From Candidatus Rubrimentiphilum sp. (GTDB lineage: Bacteria; Vulcanimicrobiota; Vulcanimicrobiia; Vulcanimicrobiales; Vulcanimicrobiaceae), in NCBI GenBank assembly GCA_035934355.1, contig DASYYA010000141.1, forward strand, positions 1-42,506: 42,506 nucleotides of DNA, in the 5' to 3' direction. Below the pieces are notes generated by a model, which did no database searches, had not been told where the DNA came from, and saw nothing but the letters and a program-made list of their open reading frames with translations. This document shows, in pieces, positions 27,833-37,727 of the stretch (position 1 is its first letter; each line of letters begins with the position of its first letter). The translations under genes were made by a program, and so were the position numbers.

Positions 27833-28627
27833 ATGGACAAAGCATTGCAAGGTCAAGTCGCCGTCGTCACCGGCGCAGAATCCGGCATCGGCCAATCGAT
27901 TGCTCAGTTCTTCGGCCAAAGCGGCGCAAGCGTCATCGTCAATGAATTCGCCTATCCCGATCGTGCGCGGGAAACGGTCGAGGCAATCGAGCGCGCGGGC
28001 GGGCGCGCCGCCGCCGTCCATGCCGATGTTACCAAAGAGCGCGACGTCGAGAAGTTTTTTTCGACGGCGGAGAAAGAGTTCGGACCCGTGACGATTCTGG
28101 TGAACGACGCCGGTATCAGTGGTGAAGAGGCCGAGGTTGCCGATCTCACTCTTGAGGCATGGAATGAAACACTGGAAACCAACCTCACCGGGCCGTTCTT
28201 ATGCGCGCGACGCTACATGCAGGCGTATCGCGACAGTAAACGTAGCGGCGGCCGCATCATCAATATAACATCGGTGCACGAGACGATGCCTGCCATCGGC
28301 ATGTCCGCATATTGCGCGACCAAAGGCGGGCTCATGATGTTCACGCGTTGCTTGGCCCTTGAGGCGGCCAAATACAAGATCACTGTCAACAACATCGGGC
28401 CTGGAACGATCATGACGCCGATGAACGAGGACCTCGCGAAAAACCCGCAAGAGCGTAAAGAGCATGAGAAAACAATTCCGATCGGACGCGTGGGCTATCC
28501 CGAAGACATCGGGCGCGTAGCGCTCTTCCTCGCCAGTCCCCAATCCAAGTACATGACAGGCACCACGGTATTTGTCGACGGCGGTATGTTACTCAACGTT
28601 GCGAGCGGCCCACCGCAAAGCAACTAA
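27833..28627 (+). CDS. SDR oxidoreductase (glucose 1-dehydrogenase-like)
   Basis: TGAESGIG, VNDAG, ITSVHE, YCATKGG. Confidence 0.92.
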   Translation: MDKALQGQVAVVTGAESGIGQSIAQFFGQSGASVIVNEFAYPDRARETVEAIERAGGRAAAVHADVTKERDVEKFFSTAEKEFGPVTILVNDAGISGEEAEVADLTLEAWNETLETNLTGPFLCARRYMQAYRDSKRSGGRIINITSVHETMPAIGMSAYCATKGGLMMFTRCLALEAAKYKITVNNIGPGTIMTPMNEDLAKNPQERKEHEKTIPIGRVGYPEDIGRVALFLASPQSKYMTGTTVFVDGGMLLNVASGPPQSN

Positions 28628-29154
28628 GGAGTTATCCGCAGGTTACTGACCACGCGTGACACGCCGGAGACGTGCTGCGTGGTTTGCACGATCGTTTGTT
28701 CCACGGCGCGATTTGGAACGGTGCCGTTAAGCGTAACCACACCGTTGCGCACCGCCGGCGAGACATGAAAGACGTTGAGGCCCGCTTGGCCTGCGATCGC
28801 GCCGGATACTTTCACCGTCAGCGCCGCATCCGAGGCCGATTGATTTAGGCTGGTCAGGTGCGGATTGACGGTGATCTGATTGACGACGCTATGGACGCCG
28901 TTCACCGACTTCGCGGTGGCGAGGTACTGCGTTTCTTCCTTTAAAGAGTGCGCCTGGCCACGCAGGGTCACGACCGCATTGCGCACCGACACATGGATCC
29001 AGCGCACGGAATCCGCATTCGTGACGGCGAGCTTCGTCGTTACCGCGGTGGTGAGGTAGGCGTCGGTCACGGCCTGCGCCCCGGCGTTCTGCTGCTGCGC
29101 GGTGCTGCAGGCGCAAACGCTCAACAAAATGATGACCAGGATTGCGTTTTTCAT
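28624..29154 (-). CDS. Dual-BON-domain lipoprotein (OsmY-like)
   Basis: Lipobox-like CAC; DAYLTTAV...VVTLRG...GVHSVVNQI pattern occurs twice. Confidence 0.85.
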   Translation of the reverse strand: MKNAILVIILLSVCACSTAQQQNAGAQAVTDAYLTTAVTTKLAVTNADSVRWIHVSVRNAVVTLRGQAHSLKEETQYLATAKSVNGVHSVVNQITVNPHLTSLNQSASDAALTVKVSGAIAGQAGLNVFHVSPAVRNGVVTLNGTVPNRAVEQTIVQTTQHVSGVSRVVSNLRITP

Positions 29155-29203
29155 AGGCTTATTATGCCCATCGGCAAAACAAACAAGCCGTTGGAGGTGG
29201 GAT

Positions 29204-29857
29204 ATGAACATGGTCCGTGTATGGCTTGCGCTGTGCATCTTTTTGTTCTGTGCGAGCCCCACGTACGCTGCGACTTGCGCGCCCAAGAGCCTCGTGCACA
29301 TCGTGACGGTTGACGTAACGCCCGGCATCGATCCGGCGTCCTTCGGCGCGCAGCCGCGAAGTTTTTATCGCATTGGTAGCGACAAGACGCGTATCGAAGA
29401 GGCGGTCGATTCGGCCAACCACATTCACGGACTGATCGTGGTCGCAGAACCCAATATCTGGATGGTCAACCTCTACGACAACAGCGGTAAACACATCGTG
29501 GATCCAGGCCCAACGTTCAACTCAATTGTGCCACTCTTCGGCATGTCAGGCCTTCCAGCGAAGCTTGCGAGCTTAGAGTTGGGCTGCGAAGCCAAGTGGA
29601 TTGCCGCAAATGCGCCTACCCCCACTCGCTCGGAGCAAGTCGGAGCAACCCGATACGACGTCTATCACGTTGATGCCGGCAGTGATGCGACTGAGGTCCT
29701 CGAGCGAGCGGGGACAAACACGCCGGTCTTTGCGCGCTACTTTCACGAGGGCAAACTCGTTATCGCAATACGGTACGACCTGTACTCGACGGGTCTTATC
29801 AACAATCCCAATTTATTCACCGCGCCACCGGGTGTGCGGTATGTGGAGGCACAATAA
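29204..29857 (+). CDS. Secreted hypothetical protein
   Basis: RBS GGAGG, signal peptide, ends LFTAPPGVRYVE (LolA-like fold possible). Confidence 0.6.
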   Translation: MNMVRVWLALCIFLFCASPTYAATCAPKSLVHIVTVDVTPGIDPASFGAQPRSFYRIGSDKTRIEEAVDSANHIHGLIVVAEPNIWMVNLYDNSGKHIVDPGPTFNSIVPLFGMSGLPAKLASLELGCEAKWIAANAPTPTRSEQVGATRYDVYHVDAGSDATEVLERAGTNTPVFARYFHEGKLVIAIRYDLYSTGLINNPNLFTAPPGVRYVEAQ

Positions 29858-29858
29858 G

Positions 29859-30164
29859 TTGAAATCGTTCATCGCCATTGCTGCGCTTGCTCTGCTCACC
29901 GCAGCAACACCCAAACCCGCGCTCGTCGTACACTTGACGGACTACGCGTTCAAACCCGCAACCGCCACCGTGAAAGTGGGCGACACCGTGCAATTTGTTA
30001 ACGACGATCCGTATCCGCACACCGTAACTGCCACCAACGGCGCGTTTGATTCAGGTAACTTGGACGAACACAAGTCCTGGAGCTACACGTTTACCAAAGC
30101 CGGCACCTATGCGATTACGTGCACCTATCATCCGACGATGCACGAAACGATTACCGTTAAGTAG
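29859..30164 (+). CDS. Amicyanin/plastocyanin-like blue copper protein
   Basis: VKVGDTVQFVN, PHTVT, CTYHPTM type-1 Cu ligands. Confidence 0.88.
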   Translation: MKSFIAIAALALLTAATPKPALVVHLTDYAFKPATATVKVGDTVQFVNDDPYPHTVTATNGAFDSGNLDEHKSWSYTFTKAGTYAITCTYHPTMHETITVK

Positions 30165-30170
30165 CCGGGC

Positions 30171-30653
30171 CTACGTTTGGAACGACTGCAACGCGTAACT
30201 GCAGGAGTTAAAGCCGCCGAACCCATTGACCAGCGTTAAATACGCCGTGTACGTGGTGTTCGATTGCAACGTCCCAAAATTCGACTGGTAGTAGAAGTCC
30301 GAATTATACGGGTGCGGCCCATTGGGATACGAAACCAGTTGCAGCGTACCGCCCGGAATCTGATCGCCAAAGTTATCCAGCAGCGTGATATTCATGCTCT
30401 GATAATTCGAATACAGATAATTGTTGTTGCCGCTGGCGACGATGGTCACCGAGCCGATATTCGGACTCACGCCGGTCGCAAACGGTAACGGGTTGGCGAG
30501 CTGCACTTGGGTTCCGGGATTGCACGAACCGCCGCCGCCAAGAACTCCACCCAGGTTCCCGCCGGTTAAGCCGCCTAAAAGGTTTGCGCCGCTGCAGCTG
30601 GCTAACCCAACCGCAGCTACAGAGAGCACGAGGAAACGAAGAGAGCGTATCAT
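30171..30653 (-). CDS. Hypothetical lipoprotein
   Basis: LASC lipobox, Gly-rich linker. Confidence 0.65.
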   Translation of the reverse strand: MIRSLRFLVLSVAAVGLASCSGANLLGGLTGGNLGGVLGGGGSCNPGTQVQLANPLPFATGVSPNIGSVTIVASGNNNYLYSNYQSMNITLLDNFGDQIPGGTLQLVSYPNGPHPYNSDFYYQSNFGTLQSNTTYTAYLTLVNGFGGFNSCSYALQSFQT

Positions 30654-30798
30654 GTGGTGTGTACCTCATGCAGAAAACGCGTCCATCGCTTGCCGCGTTT
30701 CACAAAAACCTTTAAGGTAACGGGTACGACGGCTGCTTTACTTGCATTGCTGGCAACCATCGCCCCGGACGATCTCTTGGCCAAAGCGGGCAATTACG

Positions 30799-31371
30799 TC
30801 ATGTACTTAGGCTTCGGGAATAAAAACAGCGGCCGCAGGTTTGGATGTACCGTGTCTCGCCTTCGATTGCGATCTGCGAGCCGGTGGTGATGCGTTTGCC
30901 GTTTTCATCGACGCGCACGTTCATGGTCGCTTTGCGTCCACAGGCGCAGATCGTCTTTAACTCTTCGATGCTGTCCGCCAGCGTCAGCAGTTGCGCCGCG
31001 CCGGGAAAGGGATTGCCCAAAAAATCACTGCGTATTCCGTAACAAATCACCGGAATGCCGCGCACATGCGCGATGCGGTGGAGCTCGCGCACCTGGGCGA
31101 CGGTCAGAAACTGCGCTTCGTCAACCAGTACGCATGAAAGGTCGTTCTCGTTTTTGAGCGCGTCTTCGAAGCTCATTTTCTCGTCGAACGTCTCAACCGT
31201 CCGCTGCGGGCCTAAGCGCGAGGTCACGATCCCGGTTCCAAAGCGGCCGTCGATGGCGGCGGTAAAAATGCGCACGCGCCGTCCATGTTCTTCGTAGTTG
31301 TGCGCCACTTGCAGCAAGGCCGTCGATTTCCCGGCGTTCATTGCAGAGTAGCGGAAATAGAGCTTGGCCAC
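30799..31371 (-). CDS. tdk: Thymidine kinase
   Basis: AKLYFRYSAMNAGKST, VDEAQF, CYGIRSDF, ELKTICACG, CGRCF. Confidence 0.95.
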   Translation of the reverse strand: MAKLYFRYSAMNAGKSTALLQVAHNYEEHGRRVRIFTAAIDGRFGTGIVTSRLGPQRTVETFDEKMSFEDALKNENDLSCVLVDEAQFLTVAQVRELHRIAHVRGIPVICYGIRSDFLGNPFPGAAQLLTLADSIEELKTICACGRKATMNVRVDENGKRITTGSQIAIEGETRYIQTCGRCFYSRSLST

Positions 31372-31375
31372 GAGG

Positions 31376-32116
31376 TTACCGAACCGCCCGCCGCGCCCGG
31401 GGTTGCATTTCTCCACGCGGCCAAACGGCCGCATCGGAGAGTTGCGGAAGCATCGAGCCGGCGTACAGCCGCACGACTTCCCACGAACCGCCGAACCTCA
31501 CGATCTTTGCAATCGCCGGACTCTTCGTCGGAGCCAAGATGACACTATGCGAGCGCAGGAATGGATCGTTGGCCCACGGCGCGCCGTCGCCGGCGCTCCA
31601 CTGAAAGCCCGCGCGGTACGTTTGCCGTATCGGCTGCGCCCAAACGATCTTGGTCGGAACGATCCTGGAGTAGCAAAGATATGGCAGATGATCGACGTTA
31701 TTTCCGTACTGACTGCTCTCCAAATAAAATGCCAACCCCGCCATTGTTAGATTATAGCGAAAGCCGAACGGCGTCACGTGCTTCTCGACGAGGCTTTGTT
31801 TTGCAAGATGGTTTAGCAGATCGAAAGCAACTCTAGCCGACGGATCGCGCAGCTCGTCGTTTTGAATCGCGCCGAGCCAAAATGGCGGCAGCCACTCCAC
31901 TGGCGGGCGGTACTCCGCGCTGAACCCCGGGATGAACGTTGTTGCGATCGGCACGGGATCCCAACCCAGCGGCACGCAGGCGCGATATTGATCGCCCAGC
32001 TGCGCCCTTAATAGATGTAGAACGGCGGCGTCGCGGTTCGGAGAGCACGCCGACAAGGACATCGCGATCATGGCCGCGCCCTTCACAACTGCGCTTGAGC
32101 GATTCGCTGGCATCAT
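31376..32116 (-). CDS. Hypothetical lipoprotein
   Basis: LSAC lipobox; ORF packed directly upstream of tdk. Confidence 0.6.
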   Translation of the reverse strand: MMPANRSSAVVKGAAMIAMSLSACSPNRDAAVLHLLRAQLGDQYRACVPLGWDPVPIATTFIPGFSAEYRPPVEWLPPFWLGAIQNDELRDPSARVAFDLLNHLAKQSLVEKHVTPFGFRYNLTMAGLAFYLESSQYGNNVDHLPYLCYSRIVPTKIVWAQPIRQTYRAGFQWSAGDGAPWANDPFLRSHSVILAPTKSPAIAKIVRFGGSWEVVRLYAGSMLPQLSDAAVWPRGEMQPRARRAVR

Positions 32117-32176
32117 GTTCGAGAATTCGACGTCCGCACGTCGTCACGCTGCGATTTGGTGACGCGTTATTATCCT

Positions 32177-32827
32177 ATGAAGATCGCAGCAGGCGCAGTT
32201 CTTCTCCTATTAGCAGCGGCGTGCTCGGTGCGCCCACAGTATCCGAATTACTCGAACGTCCGCGAAGATCTGGTCGTGCGCATGCCGGAAAAGGATGTTC
32301 AGCCCTTCATTGTGGCGCTGCGAAAAAATGCGACGACCGGAGCCGGCGTAAATCTGAACGTCAATGCGTGGCTTGGCTCCGGTGAACCATCGGTTGCAAA
32401 CGCAGACGCGTATGATGCGGCGATGGACGACGCGCGGCACAAAGCAGCGCGAATCGCCGGACGCATGAATGTGCGCCTGGGCGCGATCCAGTCCGTGGTC
32501 GAATTTCAGGGACCCAATCGCGCAAACGACACGCCGCTACGAGGCCGTGTGGAAGCCATGGTCATCGTGCATGACAACGGCCCGATTGCACTCGGAGTCA
32601 CATACGCCACTTCGACGGGCGGCAGCGTTTCCGTCTTCGGACTCTCCGATGTCGCAGCGCACGGCGCGCCGCAGGGCGTGGACGTCAATCTGTCAAGTAA
32701 CGCGAGCTCGTCGGATGTGGCATGGGCGCATGTGAATCAGGTTGAGCGTATTGTTCGCGACACTGCCCGGCGCTTCGGCGTGCGCCCCGAAGCTATCACC
32801 ATCCAAAACACGGGGTTTGAATCGTAG
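32177..32827 (+). CDS. Lipoprotein with a SIMPL/DUF541-like segment
   Basis: AAAC lipobox; AYDAAMDDARHKAARIA...LGAIQSVVE. Confidence 0.6.
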   Translation: MKIAAGAVLLLLAAACSVRPQYPNYSNVREDLVVRMPEKDVQPFIVALRKNATTGAGVNLNVNAWLGSGEPSVANADAYDAAMDDARHKAARIAGRMNVRLGAIQSVVEFQGPNRANDTPLRGRVEAMVIVHDNGPIALGVTYATSTGGSVSVFGLSDVAAHGAPQGVDVNLSSNASSSDVAWAHVNQVERIVRDTARRFGVRPEAITIQNTGFES

Positions 32828-32861
32828 GGCTGCAGAATCACCGGCGCCGGAGGTTTTGAAA

Positions 32862-33209
32862 ATGCCAAATCCAGTCTTGCATTTTGAAGTCACCGGCAAA
32901 GACGCCAAGAAACTTCAAGATTTTTTTCAGAAGGCGTTCGATTGGCGCCTCGAACCCGCCGGCCCCGACTACGCGATGGTCCATACGGGCGAAGACGAGA
33001 AGATTGCCGGCGGCGTTGGAAAAGCGCAGTTCGGCGAAGGTTGCGCCACCTTTTATATCGGCGTCGCCGATCTTGGCGCGACGTTAAAGAAAATCGAAGG
33101 GCTTGGCGGGCGGACCGTTACGCCGCCGGTTGACGTGCCCGGTGGGCCGACGATCGCGCACTTCACCGATCCTGAAGGCCATCTGATCGGGCTGTTCAAG
33201 CTCCCTTAG
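32862..33209 (+). CDS. VOC/glyoxalase family protein
   Basis: NPVLHFEV, FTDPEGHLIGL. Confidence 0.9.
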   Translation: MPNPVLHFEVTGKDAKKLQDFFQKAFDWRLEPAGPDYAMVHTGEDEKIAGGVGKAQFGEGCATFYIGVADLGATLKKIEGLGGRTVTPPVDVPGGPTIAHFTDPEGHLIGLFKLP

Positions 33210-33762
33210 CCAGCGCGCGATAGCGAAAACAGGACGTAAGATGGTCGTTGACCATTCCGGTCGCTTGCATGTGCGCATAGCAGATCGTGGTTCCGAAAAA
33301 TGTAAAACCGGCTTGCTTCATCTCTTTGCTTAACGCGTCGGAGACCGGCGTGGCCGCCGGAATCTGGGCGCTCTTGTTCCAGCGGTTGACGATCGGTTTG
33401 CCGTCCACGAACTTCCACATGAACGCGTCCAGCGAACCCGCTTTCTCACGCAGTTGCAAGTAAGCGCGTGCATTCTGTACCGCGCCCGCGATCTTCAAAC
33501 GGTTGCGAATGATGCCGTCATTGCGCATGAGGCTCTCGATCTTGCGCTTATCGAAACGCGCCACACGCTCGGGATCGAAATCCGCAAAGGCCTTGCGATA
33601 GGCCTCGCGGCGGTTCAGAATCGTGCGCCAGCTTAAACCGGCTTGCGCGCCTTCGAGAACGATGAATTCGAAGAGTTTGCGATCGTTGTGTAAGGGCACG
33701 CCCCACTCGTCGTCATGATACGCGATCATCAACGGACTTTCATCGACCCAAGCGCAACGCAC
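33196..33762 (-). CDS. tag: DNA-3-methyladenine glycosylase I
   Basis: RCAW, YHDDEWG, EGAQAGLSW, IIRNRLKI, GMVNDHLTSC. Confidence 0.95.
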   Translation of the reverse strand: MRCAWVDESPLMIAYHDDEWGVPLHNDRKLFEFIVLEGAQAGLSWRTILNRREAYRKAFADFDPERVARFDKRKIESLMRNDGIIRNRLKIAGAVQNARAYLQLREKAGSLDAFMWKFVDGKPIVNRWNKSAQIPAATPVSDALSKEMKQAGFTFFGTTICYAHMQATGMVNDHLTSCFRYRALAKGA

Positions 33763-33774
33763 GGCATATAATTT

Positions 33775-33803
33775 GAGGAGCGCGGGATCCGCGCTCCTCT
33801 TTT
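33775..33803. terminator. GC-rich hairpin, probable intrinsic terminator
   Basis: GAGGAGCGCGG-GAT-CCGCGCTCCTC, 11-bp stem followed by TTTT; lies between the cytochrome remnant and tag. Confidence 0.55.
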
Positions 33804-33822
33804 CTCTCGCCGGCGAGCTGTG

Positions 33823-34151
33823 CTAGTGGATGCGGTTGTACGGACTACCGAGCGGACCCGCCCAGCGGAATCCCCACTGCCACGTCGGCCGCCCAAATGG
33901 TACCGATCGAGATATTTCGTCGAGACGACATACCGGCCGACCGATCTAAGCTGTCCGTGCTCTTGCCGCGAACCCGTTCACTGATCCAAAACGGCGACTT
34001 ACTCTTGAGGAGGTGAAAATCCAAGCCGGCATATCCGGTCCTTTGGATGTAGCGTCCATAGGAGTTGAGCGCCGGCACCATCGTGTGACAGGTGTTGCAA
34101 TCAACACCATACGATTGCGCGAACGGTGGCAGCAAGCAGCAGTTTTTTCAT
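33823..34151 (-). pseudogene. Decayed Cyc2-like monoheme cytochrome c-porin gene
   Basis: ATG coupled to the upstream stop gives MKKLLLA. A shifted frame gives LPPFAQSYGVDCNTCHTMVPALNSYGRYIQRTGY. A further frame change gives the beta-strand-like end PTWQWGFRWAGPLG...*. The barrel body is missing. Confidence 0.65.
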
Positions 34152-34507
34152 TGCACGACTTTTACGACAAGCATCATGTCGGGATGGCCCGGTCCGCACG
34201 GCAGCGCGCAATGCAGCTGGTACGTGCCGGCCTTCTTCGGCGTAAAAGTCAAGGTGACGTATTTGCCGGGCGTGAGCACGGTTTCGGGAATGCCGAGGTC
34301 AGATGAGCCGATCGAATGCACGCCTTCCTTCGATGTGACGCGTAGGGTCGTCGTCTCGCCTACATGCACCGTGATAATGCCGGGCGTAAATTTCCAGTTT
34401 GAAGCGGCGACATCATAACTCGCCGGAGACGCTGCGCTGACAAAAGTCGGAGCTGCGCAGAGGACCGTGAGTGCTGATATGGCGACTGCGTAAACGAGGT
34501 TTTTCAT
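34148..34507 (-). CDS. Secreted cupredoxin with a CuA-type motif
   Basis: Signal peptide; EGVHS...HCALPCGPGHPDM. Confidence 0.85.
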   Translation of the reverse strand: MKNLVYAVAISALTVLCAAPTFVSAASPASYDVAASNWKFTPGIITVHVGETTTLRVTSKEGVHSIGSSDLGIPETVLTPGKYVTLTFTPKKAGTYQLHCALPCGPGHPDMMLVVKVVQ

Positions 34508-34605
34508 GGTTCAAGCGTAGCGTGGCAATGGGCAGGCACTGAGCAGGCGCTGAGCAAGCGCCGAGAATGATTGAGAAAAAGTCAGGAAGGCTGCGACAGA
34601 TGTCG

Positions 34606-35052
34606 CTAAACGGCAATGGGCTGTTCGGCGCGCCCTGTTTTTTCGGTGAGGCGGATGCGATAAACGATGGCATCGCGGTCAGAGATTCCCGGTCGATCCG
34701 GCGCAAAGGAGTGCGCGAGCGGATGCGCTTTCTGGTTTAGAAAATGCAAGAGCAGCATGCGCATCGCCTCGCGTGCCGCTTCATCCTGTAACTCTTCATA
34801 GGTGCCCCACGCAATAACGCTCTTCCAATTGGAAAGCGTTTCAACCCTGTCGACCTCAAAGCAGACACGCGGATTCTTACGCATCATGCGGATCTTCGCG
34901 CCATTGGTGCTGTGCGCATACACGGAACCCCCGACATACGCGTACGCGACAGGCACGACGTACGTGCGCCCGTCGGCGTGACATCCGATGCGCCCGACAA
35001 CCTGCTCGTTCAGTAACTTCTCGACTTCGTCGTCGGGAAGCGGCACAATCAT
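34606..35052 (-). CDS. Pyridoxamine 5'-phosphate oxidase-like flavin-binding protein
   Basis: VGRIGC, YVVPVAY, GAKIRMMRKNPRVCFEVD, WKSVIAWG. Confidence 0.88.
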   Translation of the reverse strand: MIVPLPDDEVEKLLNEQVVGRIGCHADGRTYVVPVAYAYVGGSVYAHSTNGAKIRMMRKNPRVCFEVDRVETLSNWKSVIAWGTYEELQDEAAREAMRMLLLHFLNQKAHPLAHSFAPDRPGISDRDAIVYRIRLTEKTGRAEQPIAV

Positions 35053-35083
35053 GGGGCTATCGTGCCACCCGATAGTGAATGTT

Positions 35084-35416
35084 TTAGGAAGTTTTCGGGT
35101 ACTTCAAATCCACCACCAGCGTGCCGGCGGTGCGCAATGATTCAATAATTGCGCGCAGGCGTTCGGGCGTGGTTTCCATGACGCCGTCGAGCATCGCCTC
35201 GATATTTGCTTGCGCCACCGAAAGCGCGTTGCCGAGTTCATGGCGCGCGACGGTGAGTGCTTGGTCGCGTTTTTTTTCGCGGTCTTGCTGCATGGTGATG
35301 AGCATGGCTAACCGATCGGCGGCGGGATCGTCCAGTCCGGCGAGCATCGCCTTGGCGCCATCCCAATTCTCTTGCAGGCACAAGTCCAGTGCCTTGAAGA
35401 GCTCCTCGCGCATCAA
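35084..35416 (-). CDS. Stand-alone HisKA/DHp domain protein (no ATPase domain)
   Basis: RHELGNALSVAQANIEAMLDGV (BaeS-like H-box); 110 aa; 4-nt overlap with the response regulator. Confidence 0.75.
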   Translation of the reverse strand: MMREELFKALDLCLQENWDGAKAMLAGLDDPAADRLAMLITMQQDREKKRDQALTVARHELGNALSVAQANIEAMLDGVMETTPERLRAIIESLRTAGTLVVDLKYPKTS

Positions 35417-36120
35417 TCTTTGCGCAACTTGTACCCGACGCCGTACACCGTCACGATGTAGACCGGATCGTCGGGATTGGGCTCGACTTTGCGGCGCAGG
35501 TTATTAATGTGCCGGTCGAGGGTCCGCTCGAAGATGCTGCCCTCGTCATGCACGAGGTCCAACAGCTGAGCGCGCGTGAGTACCTGGCCCGCATTCTGTA
35601 CGAGCGCATGCAAAATGCGAAACTCCGCGGGCGTGATCGAGACCAGCGATCCGTTGACGCGGACTTCATGCGCGCCCTCGTCGATCTCTAAATCCTTGAC
35701 GCGCAGCGCTTTACTTCCGTCGCCTTCGGCCTGCGCGGCGGCGCGGCGCATTACCGCGCGCACCCGCGCGATGACCTCGCGCGGCGAGAACGGCTTCACC
35801 ACATAATCATCGGCGCCCAACTCCAACCCGACGACGCGATCGACTTCGTCGCTCCGCGCCGTGAGCATGATCGTCGGGATGCGCTTGGCCTCGACACCCC
35901 GGCGCAAAATATCTAAGCCGCTGCCATCGGGCAGCGTGATGTCGAGGATCATCATGTCGGGCCGTTCGCGTTCCAGCTCGGAAAGCGCGCTCGCAACGGT
36001 TCCGCAAACAACCGTCTCAAATGACTCCTGTTTCAAATAGGCGCTCAACACTTCGCCAATCTGCGGCTCATCATCCACGATCAGTATGCGCTTGCCGGCG
36101 CCTGACGCGTCGCCGCTCAC
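35413..36120 (-). CDS. OmpR-family response regulator
   Basis: ILIVDDE, MILDITLPD, GADDYVVKPF, TVYGVGYK; GTG overlaps the cbaA stop. Confidence 0.93.
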   Translation of the reverse strand: MSGDASGAGKRILIVDDEPQIGEVLSAYLKQESFETVVCGTVASALSELERERPDMMILDITLPDGSGLDILRRGVEAKRIPTIMLTARSDEVDRVVGLELGADDYVVKPFSPREVIARVRAVMRRAAAQAEGDGSKALRVKDLEIDEGAHEVRVNGSLVSITPAEFRILHALVQNAGQVLTRAQLLDLVHDEGSIFERTLDRHINNLRRKVEPNPDDPVYIVTVYGVGYKLRKD

Positions 36121-37727
36121 CACGTTCGCATACCGGGCGCAAGGAAGGCGGGGTGATGCAGCATGTCCAGCAGCGGACCGGCATAGACGATCGCAGCCGC
36201 CGCCAAAGCGACGACGCCCCAGCGAAACAGCGATTGAAAGATCGGCGGCGCCGGCTCGGCGCCTTCGAGCGGTTGCGCGAATTCCACGTGCATGTCTTCG
36301 GTCTTCTTGTTGCTCACGACAGTTCCGATCGCCACGATCGCAAACATGACGATGCTCGTGAGCAAGATCAAGCCGCCGGCAGCGGCGACCAACATGTAAC
36401 CGAGCCATTCGTTCGGGGCCGATCCCAAATAGCTGAGCTCGGCGGTCCGCCGCGGCGCGCCGAGCAGCCCCGCAAAGTGCATCGAAAACGACATCACCAG
36501 CATGCCCAAAAACCACAGGCGCGTCTGCAACAGCGCAAACGGCGGACTAAACAGCGCGCGACCGGTGAGCTTGGGGATCATCCAATAGGCGATGCCGATG
36601 AACGTGAGCGCCACCGGGCCGCCGACCGTCACGTGGAAATGGCCGACGATCCAGATCGTGTTGTGCACGACCGTGTCCATCGCGTACGATGCGTTCACCA
36701 ATCCGCCGAAGCCGCCCAGAATAAAGAGCAGCATGCCGTATGCCGGTCCGCAAAAAGCCGGATTGTCCCACGGCAACGCCGTCACCGTCTGCCAAAAACC
36801 CCGCCGTCCTTGGCGGCGCGCCGCGAGCTCAAACGATGCGAAGATCGCAAATGCCGTGATGAACGACGGAATGGCGACGCCGTAGGTGGTTACGGTGAAG
36901 AGCATCTTCCAGCCGCTGCTAATGCCGGGCTCCATGAACTCGTGGTGAATCCCCACCGGCGTCGAGAGCAGCAGCAGCATAATGAACGTCAGGCGCGTCA
37001 AGCCGTCGCTAAACAGATTGCCTTGATAGAACTTCGGCACGATGTTGTACCAGCAAATGTAGGCGCCCATGATCCAAAAATAGACCAGCGGGTGCCCGAA
37101 ATACCAGAACAGTAAACGCGTCAGCATCACGTTGATACCGTGCGTCCAGCCGAACGCCCAGGGAATCAAGAAATACATCTCGCCGACGACGCCCAGCGTG
37201 GCGATCCACCACATCAGGAACGTCGCCGCGGCGGTAAAGGCCGGGAGCGGAAGCGGCACCCCCGGGTTATTCTTGCGAAACCATAACACGTTGGCGAAAA
37301 TATCCGCCGCAATGATCCAGGTGCCGATAATGAAGATCGTCGCGCCGATATAAAACCACGGGCTCGCTTTGAGCGGCGCGTAAAACGTGTAGAGCACCGT
37401 GGCGTTACCGGCGAGGATCTCGATCGCCGCCATCAGCACGCCCGCAAGCATCACCCAAAACCCAATCCATGCGAGTGTGACTCTTCGTTCGCGCGGAATC
37501 GCGCGATAGGTGACAAAGAGCGAGAGGCCGCAGATGAAAAACGTGGTGAAGACCAGCGCCATCAAGACGCCGTGCATTGTCAGGATGCGGTAGTAATCAA
37601 ACCAGCTCGGAGCGGTAAAGGCCGAGGCCCGCGACATTCCTTGCGCGGCGCCGAAAAGAGCGCCGACGACAAGCGCCGCTGTCGCCGTGTAGATGTGCGC
37701 GATCACCACGCGATTTTCACGCAGCAT
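36117..37727 (-). CDS. cbaA: ba3-type (B-family) cytochrome c oxidase subunit I
   Basis: LTMHGVLMA, WYFGHPLVYFW, GIHHEF, GHFHVTVG, GAPRR. Confidence 0.93.
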   Translation of the reverse strand: MLRENRVVIAHIYTATAALVVGALFGAAQGMSRASAFTAPSWFDYYRILTMHGVLMALVFTTFFICGLSLFVTYRAIPRERRVTLAWIGFWVMLAGVLMAAIEILAGNATVLYTFYAPLKASPWFYIGATIFIIGTWIIAADIFANVLWFRKNNPGVPLPLPAFTAAATFLMWWIATLGVVGEMYFLIPWAFGWTHGINVMLTRLLFWYFGHPLVYFWIMGAYICWYNIVPKFYQGNLFSDGLTRLTFIMLLLLSTPVGIHHEFMEPGISSGWKMLFTVTTYGVAIPSFITAFAIFASFELAARRQGRRGFWQTVTALPWDNPAFCGPAYGMLLFILGGFGGLVNASYAMDTVVHNTIWIVGHFHVTVGGPVALTFIGIAYWMIPKLTGRALFSPPFALLQTRLWFLGMLVMSFSMHFAGLLGAPRRTAELSYLGSAPNEWLGYMLVAAAGGLILLTSIVMFAIVAIGTVVSNKKTEDMHVEFAQPLEGAEPAPPIFQSLFRWGVVALAAAAIVYAGPLLDMLHHPAFLAPGMRTW

